From an uncultured Rivularia sp. (GTDB taxonomy: Bacteria; Cyanobacteriota; Cyanobacteriia; Cyanobacteriales; Nostocaceae), in the NCBI GenBank assembly GCA_963665115.1, contig OY762007.1, forward strand, positions 6,336,001-6,400,000: 64,000 bases of DNA, in the 5' to 3' direction. The translations under genes were made by a program, and so were the position numbers. The notes under the pieces were generated by a model, which worked only from the letters and a program-made list of their open reading frames with translations, ran no database searches and had not been told where the DNA came from. Of this stretch, positions 58,375-64,000 are shown piece by piece (position 1 is the first letter of the stretch; each line of letters begins with the position of its first letter).

Positions 58375-59731
58375 TTAACCGAAAGCAAAGTTATCTCCGC
58401 TTAAACTATCGGCTGCGATATCTGTCAATATCGCTAAATCTGTACCGCTAGCAGCAATCAACGCATTATCTCCCTGCTGAGTGATGCTGACATCCTCGAA
58501 GCCAATACCTAATCCAGCAATACCAAGGACATCTTCGCCACTGGCAAAGTCTTTTATCGTATTGATCCCGTCGGGTAGTTCTGCGGTTGCAATCCAGAAT
58601 TGGTCTGCACCTGCACCACCATGTATGAGGTTGTCCCCACCGCTCATGGCAAAGAACTTGTCGTCACCCGCACCACCGGAGTAATGGTCATCTTCTCCAA
58701 GTATGAAAGTATCGTCACCGCTTCCACCATAGATCCAGTTTCCACCTTCGCTACCAATAGAAGCATCAATCAAGTCATCTGAACCACCACCAAAGACTAG
58801 CTGTGCGCTACCTTCGACTTCAATAACGTCCATTTCCGTGGTTCCGAATTCTGTTGTGAATTCGGTATCAGTTTCACCTTCTCCCGGTTCGGGTAATTCC
58901 GGTTCTGGCTCAGGTTCTGGTTCGGGTTCTGGTTCGGGTTCTGGTTCCGGCTCCGGCTCAGGTTCTGGCTCAGGTTCTGGTTCCGGCTCGGGTTCGGGTT
59001 CTGGCTCAGGTTCGGGTTCTGGTTCTGGTTCTGGCTCAGGTTCGGGTTCTGGTTCTGGCTCAGGTTCTGGTTCTGGCTCAGGTTCGGGTTCTGGTTCTGG
59101 CTCAGGTTCGGGTTCTGGCTCAGGTTCGGGTTCTGGCTCAGGTTCGGGTTCTGGCTCAGGTTCGGGTTCTGGTTCGGGTTCGGGTTCTGGCTCAGGTTCG
59201 GGTTCTGGTTCTGGTTCTGGCTCAGGTTCGGGTTCGGGTTCTGGTTCTGGCTCAGGTTCGGGTTCTGGTTCTGGCTCAGGTTCGGGTTCTGGCTCAGGTT
59301 CTGGTTCTGGCTCAGGTTCTGGTTCTGGCTCAGGTTCGGGTTCTGGTTCTGCACCATCCGCGTCTTGGAGTGATAAAGTCACAGAACCAGCACTTCCATC
59401 AACTTCATATCCTTCACCAGGTACAACATTAAAAGTTAAATCTTGTGCATCATCATCTTGGTCGTCAAAAATCGGTACGGTTATAGTTGCTGGCGATGCG
59501 TTAATTAGAAAATCAAAACCACTGGTATCATCGTTAACGGTTGTAAACCGCCCATTTACAAATTGGGCAGCAAATACGTCTAATTGACCCCAGAGCATTT
59601 TCAGTGGGACTGTCAATAGTAACAGTTAAACCACCTTCCGGTATTGGTTCGCTTGAACTCAGTGTAAGTACTAGCGCAGTCCCTTCTTCTTCCACAAGAA
59701 CTGTGGGATTTGCGCTGATGCTAATTGCCAT
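58375..59731 (-). CDS. RTX-tailed protein: AISANPT domain, (Glu-Pro)~75 spacer, tail; ~451 aa after one +1 frameshift
   Basis: ORFs 59534..59731 and 58375..59616 join on removing one C at 59588-59591 ([10 protein letters not shown], as in paralogues). Confidence 0.83.
58899..59350 (-). repeat. Coding hexanucleotide tandem repeat GARCCN (Glu-Pro)~75
   Basis: ~450 bp of ggttct/ggttcg/ggctca/ggttcc units; shorter copies at 20926-21051 and 21348-21479. Confidence 0.95.
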
Positions 59732-60170
59732 AATTTCAGTGTTAAAACTACATAAACGACGTTGAACCGAATGTATATTTTTAGCTAGCTAAAGGTTCAC
59801 AGATGGTAAATCCGGTAATCTAAAAGTCCGTCTACAAGGACTAATTACGCCCCAGCACGCCTTCTTAAAGCTTGCTGAAACACTCGAACGCACGCAGCAA
59901 AACTCAGTTTATTGATTCCCATGAAGGCATATGGATAGCCAACATCACTTGCTTAAATTTACAAATGCCTTATATCAAAGGGATATAAATGAGTTTGGGT
60001 TGCGTTTACGTCAATTCCGTGGTAAATGATTGGAAAGAGAGTATTAAACTTGACTATTCGGAATACATCCATAGTTAAATCTAACTTCATTTCCATTTAC
60101 ATCTTCCTAAAGACAGACTCGTTCTCGACTAAGTTAAAAACCTATCTTCTTTACTCGATAAGTATTTTTA

Positions 60171-60263
60171 TTGAGAATAACTCTCAAAATATTTACAAGC
60201 AAACACAGTAACATTGTAGTTTTAAATTTTGTAATGCAAGTAGAATCTTCATGAAGTTTGTAT
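60171..60263 (-). promoter_or_regulatory. Fur-like box plus distal element upstream of the 59731 gene
   Basis: tTGAGAATaACTCTCAa 60171-60187; aagtagaatcttcatgaagtttg 60238-60260. Confidence 0.65.
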
Positions 60264-60349
60264 AAAGAGATTTTGCTTATCAGTATATTTGACAAGAATT
60301 GGTAATTGGGAATGGGGGATTGGGCATTGGGCATTGGGCGTTGGTAATA

Positions 60350-60489
60350 GACATCTCCGGAAATAAAAAAACACCTCTCTCCAAACCTCTCTCCTGAGAC
60401 GAGAGAGGCTTTAAACCCCACTTCCCTGGCAGGGAAGGGGGGTAGGGGGGTTAGGTTTTCAACTGTAATGAATGTTTTCCGGAGATGTC
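60350..60489. mobile_element. MITE with GACATCTCCGGAAA TIRs and TA flanks (IS630-like ends), inserted in an STRR tract
   Basis: ta-gacatctccggaaa ... tttccggagatgtc-ta; internal GC-rich hairpins. Confidence 0.7.
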
Positions 60490-60585
60490 TAATGGGGAAA
60501 TTGAGGAATAGTTATTTAAGTAACAATGTCAAAATTATATTTTTTAATGCACATTTATGTGCAAATTAGTGTAACATATTGTGCC

Positions 60586-60600
60586 GTGCAAAATTTGCAC
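60586..60600. promoter_or_regulatory. Palindrome GTGCAAAATTTGCAC (putative operator)
   Basis: Best copy of the motif; a related tgcacatttatgtgca lies at 60548-60563. Confidence 0.5.
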
Positions 60601-60620
60601 AAGAAATGAGAAAGAACATT

Positions 60621-60870
60621 GGGGTTGCTGATTCAAAGTATGATTTGCCCCCCAACCCCCAATTTTGAGGGAGAAAAGTAATTTCAAGTCCCCCAGAATT
60701 GGGGGATTTAGGGGGCTAGTACCGCTGCGCGGAAGTAAAAAGTAAAAAGTAAAAAGTAAAAAGTATTATATGATAAGGCTTTCAAACTTTTTAAATGGGT
60801 GCTTTATTTACGCCGTACTGTGCTAGTAAATATAAGAAAAAATAAATTCATACTTCAATTCAGCAATGCC
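60621..60870. mobile_element. GG(C/G)GTTGCTG-type MITE with a nested CTAG-ended element (60716-60826)
   Basis: ggggttgctgattcaaagtatga...tcatacttcaattcagcaatgcc with near-perfect TSD agaacatt/aaaacatt. Nested ctagtaccgc...(agtaaaa)4...gtactgtgctag. Confidence 0.7.
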
Positions 60871-60897
60871 AAAACATTAATCTAACACCTTTAACCT

Positions 60898-62214
60898 TTA
60901 ACCTTTGACCTTCTCAAGCTGCTCCTCGCAATCGGGTAAAAGCTTTTCGACATTGCGTAATGTGGGGACAAAGTAACCGCCTATACCTACCAGCAAAATC
61001 CAAATAGAAGCGATCGCGTATATTACGGTAATCCCAGCGCCGTCACCAGTACCAAATATTGAACCGAAAATTGGAACTAAAGCACCATTCGGCTGCATTG
61101 CTGGTTCAAATACTTTATCTGCTAAAGGACCCGCGATTAAAGGGGCTGTTAAAGAAATTACGATACCAATGGATTGATCTGCTGCTAAAACTCTTCCTTG
61201 TAAGCTAGAGGGAACTTTTGCATACCAGATGGCATTGCTTGAACTGTAAAACAAGGGGGTATGCATGGTGGAAAGAAACATTGATGACATCCAGAGCCAG
61301 GGAATTTGCGTAAAAGCGAGGAAAGCTCTAAAGAAGCCAGCACCGATAAAACCAATTAACATTCCATGAATTTTACGTCTGAAACCACCCCAAGCACTTA
61401 GCAATAATGCTCCGATAACTCCCCCTAAACCAGCAGCAGTTGTGACGCTGCCTAAAATTTGGGAGTTACCGTTTGTTCGCGCCAAAATCAAGGGATTATA
61501 CAATACTTTAGCGATATCGTTGGGCAAAGCGAATAAAGTAAAAGCAATTACCATCGCTAATAAAGGTGGTTTAGCAAAGATATAACGGAAGCCAAAAGTT
61601 AATTTTTGCCAAATATTTTCTTTGACAGGATTTTCATTATCTGATTCTTCGGGTGAAGGTTGGGGAATATGGGAAATTAGTAAAGTGATTAAACCAACAA
61701 AAAAGGTGGCAATATCTACAGCGATTACTCCACCCAAGCCAATTATAGGATAAAGACCACCAGCTAAAGCCGGAGAAAGAATTGCTGAAGCGTAGTTGAC
61801 AGCAGAACTCATGCTACCGGCGCGGGTATACTGTTCTTTGGGAACCATTAAAGGAATTGAAGCAGAATAAGCTAGAGTTTGGATTTGTCCAAAACCGCCA
61901 TAAATTGCCACTACACAATAAAGATGCCAAACCTCTAATCTATCGGTGAAATGTAATAAACCGATGGTGAAAGTGCATAAAAAAGCCACAATATCGCCGA
62001 GCAGCATTAAGTGTTTGCGGTTAAAACGGTCTACAATAATTCCCGAAAATGGAGTTATCAGCAAACGCGGTAGTTGAACAAAAAAACTAACCAAAGTTAA
62101 AGCAGTAGCCGAACCAGTAACGTTCCAAACCCAGATTGACAGTGCAAATACGGTCATGTAGCTGCCGATGCTAGATACTATTTGACCGAGCCAGATGATG
62201 ATGAAGGTACGCAT
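60898..62214 (-). CDS. MFS transporter (DHA3/MefA/EntS-like exporter), 438 aa
   Basis: IWLGQIVSSIGS, GIIVDRFNRKHLM (motif A), QGRV; about 12 hydrophobic segments. Confidence 0.9.
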   Translation of the reverse strand: MRTFIIIWLGQIVSSIGSYMTVFALSIWVWNVTGSATALTLVSFFVQLPRLLITPFSGIIVDRFNRKHLMLLGDIVAFLCTFTIGLLHFTDRLEVWHLYCVVAIYGGFGQIQTLAYSASIPLMVPKEQYTRAGSMSSAVNYASAILSPALAGGLYPIIGLGGVIAVDIATFFVGLITLLISHIPQPSPEESDNENPVKENIWQKLTFGFRYIFAKPPLLAMVIAFTLFALPNDIAKVLYNPLILARTNGNSQILGSVTTAAGLGGVIGALLLSAWGGFRRKIHGMLIGFIGAGFFRAFLAFTQIPWLWMSSMFLSTMHTPLFYSSSNAIWYAKVPSSLQGRVLAADQSIGIVISLTAPLIAGPLADKVFEPAMQPNGALVPIFGSIFGTGDGAGITVIYAIASIWILLVGIGGYFVPTLRNVEKLLPDCEEQLEKVKG

Positions 62215-62222
62215 TTTTTATT

Positions 62223-62425
62223 TTGGGCATTGGGGATTGGGCATGGGGCATGGGGAGAGAGGGTAGAGGGGGTAGAGGGGGGAGATGGGGGAGATGGGGT
62301 AGAGGGAGGAGATAATTCTTAATTCTTAATTCTTAACTCCATCCGTTGCCTAACTCCATCCGTTGCCTAACTCCATCCGTTGCCTAACTCATAACTTTTT
62401 CAATCCAAAATCTAAAATCTAAAAT
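62223..62425. repeat. Mixed STRR heptamer and 9-mer tracts, plus three copies of the 17-mer taactccatccgttgcc
   Basis: ttgggcattggggattgggca, gagggggta, aattctt, aaaatct runs. The 17-mer also occurs inverted near 12730. Confidence 0.8.
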
Positions 62426-64000
62426 CTAAAATTCAACTGATACTTTTCCGAAAACTGTGAAGGGAGCGCCGGGGATAACGCGCAAGTCGTTACGGGCACC
62501 TTGGTAAAAGTCTACGTCAAATAAGTTTTGGAAGTTTAATGATGCGGACAAGTTTCTGCGTCTGTAAAATAAGGAGGCATCTGTTCGCACGTAGCTGGGA
62601 AGACTGAAGCTATTGTTAAAGTCTCCTTGGCGTTCTCCGACGTAATATAGTCCTAAACCCAATCCCCAACCTCGCAGGTTTCCGGATTTGATTTGATAGG
62701 TAGTCCACAAGCTAGCCGCGTTTTCGGGGACGTTTCGCAAGGAGTTGCCTTCGGTGAAGACATCATCTTCGGAAATTATGGCATCTGTATAGGCATAACT
62801 GGCTATAATATTCCACTCGGGTGTAATTTCACCTGCTACGCTAACTTCTACTCCTTGGCTGCGCTGTTTTCCTGTTTGCTGGGAGCCTAAAGGACTGTTT
62901 GCTCCTTCTTCGATGACGTTTGTCCGTTCTAAATGAAATAGTGCGAGTGTTGTTGAAAGTTTATTGTCTAGTAAATCGGCTTTGACACCGATTTCAAACT
63001 GGGTACCTTTTTCTGGCTCGAATGGTTCCCCGGTAATCAAATCGTTGGTAACTGGATCTAGGCTTGTTTCTCGTCCAATCACGGGCTTAAATGACCGGGT
63101 ATAGCTACCATAAAAGGATATATTTTCTGCTGGTTTATAAACAACACCCGCACGAGGACTAAACGCTTCATCTGTACGGTCAAAACTTTGCCTTATGTCC
63201 AGACTGTCTTCATAAGTTTGGTCGGCTACGTCAATGCGTCCACCTAATACCACAATCCACTGCTTGGATAATGAAATTTGGTCTTGGAGATAAAAGCCGA
63301 TGGAATTTGTTTCTGTTCTGACATCTTCAAGAGGAATCGGAAAATCGTTGAGGCTTTCGGGTGAATATTCGGGATTAAAAATATCAATGGGACCAATTCC
63401 TCTGATATCGAGCGCGTCTTCAAATGTATCTCGCGATATTTCTACACCAAAGAGCAGTTCGTGTTTTATATTCCCCGTGGCAAATTTTCCAGATAAACTG
63501 GTGTTTAGATTCAAGCTGCTTAATTCATTGGGATTTTCTACGACAATCCGGTCTAAGGTACGATTATCACCTCTGAGTCCCCTTGGCAAAATAAAATTAC
63601 TTGTTGGAACATCTGCATTAGAAATTAATAACTCGTTGGCAAATGTCAAGTTATCGTTAAATTCATGTTTGAATCGATAGCCCCAACGAGTTGCTCTACT
63701 TTCATTTTCCGAAAGTGATGGTTCTCCTAAGTTGACACTCGAATCAATTTCACCTTCGGGACTATCTATTACTGTTCCCAATGCTGGTAGTTCTGGCGCA
63801 CTTCCATTAGTGTTGTATGTAAGATGCTCTAATTCTGCGATTAATTGTGTGCGATCGCTATTTATTAATTTGAGTACGGGAGATACAAAAAATGTACGTC
63901 TTTCTTCAAAGTCTCTAAAACTTTCTGACCACTGATAAGAACTTGTCAAACGATATGCAGGAGAATCGGTTCTGTTACCTAAAGGTCCGGTAATATCAAT
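62426..64000 (-). CDS. TonB-dependent siderophore-type outer-membrane receptor (5' part outside the window)
   Basis: Frame open to the right edge (IDITGPLGNRTDSPAYRLT). GFYLQDQI, FSPRAGVVYKP, PEKGTQFEIGVK, QRSQGVE, NLFD; terminal VSVEF. Confidence 0.93.
   Translation of the reverse strand: MDITGPLGNRTDSPAYRLTSSYQWSESFRDFEERRTFFVSPVLKLINSDRTQLIAELEHLTYNTNGSAPELPALGTVIDSPEGEIDSSVNLGEPSLSENESRATRWGYRFKHEFNDNLTFANELLISNADVPTSNFILPRGLRGDNRTLDRIVVENPNELSSLNLNTSLSGKFATGNIKHELLFGVEISRDTFEDALDIRGIGPIDIFNPEYSPESLNDFPIPLEDVRTETNSIGFYLQDQISLSKQWIVVLGGRIDVADQTYEDSLDIRQSFDRTDEAFSPRAGVVYKPAENISFYGSYTRSFKPVIGRETSLDPVTNDLITGEPFEPEKGTQFEIGVKADLLDNKLSTTLALFHLERTNVIEEGANSPLGSQQTGKQRSQGVEVSVAGEITPEWNIIASYAYTDAIISEDDVFTEGNSLRNVPENAASLWTTYQIKSGNLRGWGLGLGLYYVGERQGDFNNSFSLPSYVRTDASLFYRRRNLSASLNFQNLFDVDFYQGARNDLRVIPGAPFTVFGKVSVEF

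Noticed and set aside
58797..59587. ORFs 58838..59587 (+, poly-GS) and 58797..59357 (-, QNPNLS repeats)
   Set aside because: Antisense and alternative-frame shadows of the EP repeat; the EP frame links to recognisable paralogous domains.
5218..59731. Calling the split NRPS, PKS and array genes pseudogenes
   Set aside because: Each break is one extra homopolymer base in a recurring context with intact motifs either side; sequencing error is more likely, though unverified.
25742..59731. Diversity-generating retroelement or invertase shufflon behind the repeated tails
   Set aside because: No reverse transcriptase or site-specific recombinase in the window; tails are co-oriented and differ mostly at synonymous sites rather than only at adenines.
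60026..60421. Small ORFs 60026..60211 and 60134..60421
   Set aside because: They overlap promoter, STRR and MITE sequence and show no protein-like features.
674..63858. Frequent GCGATCGC octamers as a cluster-specific site
   Set aside because: This is HIP1, a genome-wide cyanobacterial feature; useful only as a taxonomic clue.

Overview
AT-rich cyanobacterial DNA: many HIP1 GCGATCGC octamers and heptamer STRR-type tandem repeats suggest a filamentous, Nostocales-like host (inference). The window is the middle of an apparently iron-regulated hybrid NRPS/PKS cluster, almost all on the minus strand. From right to left: partial TonB-dependent receptor, MFS exporter, then a ~34 kb tandem array of nine large acidic modular proteins, interrupted by one Rpn gene. 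All nine end in the same ~155-aa GGxGxD (RTX-like) tail and carry mixed Calx-beta-like and PPC-like modules; cargo includes two serine beta-lactamase-family domains, a histidine phosphatase and an (EP)~75 rod. Next come NRPS C(DCL)-A(Gly)-T, a plus-strand tenth paralogue and VOC gene, a DUF3102/degenerate methylase gene, PKS KS-AT-KR-ACP, NRPS C-A(Ala)-T-Cy-A(Cys)/Ox-T, and NRPS C-A(Gly)-T-C-A that runs off the left edge. Array transcription units share a composite promoter (Fur-like box plus conserved upstream elements). A GTGCAAnnnTTGCAY palindrome lies inside the DUF3102 gene and upstream of several array promoters. Nine +1 homopolymer frameshifts split genes and look like systematic long-read errors. 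REP/REPIN-like palindromes, MITEs and short tandem repeats are common, including in-frame inside NRPS/PKS genes. Domain names and substrate calls come from motif reading only; no database search was run.
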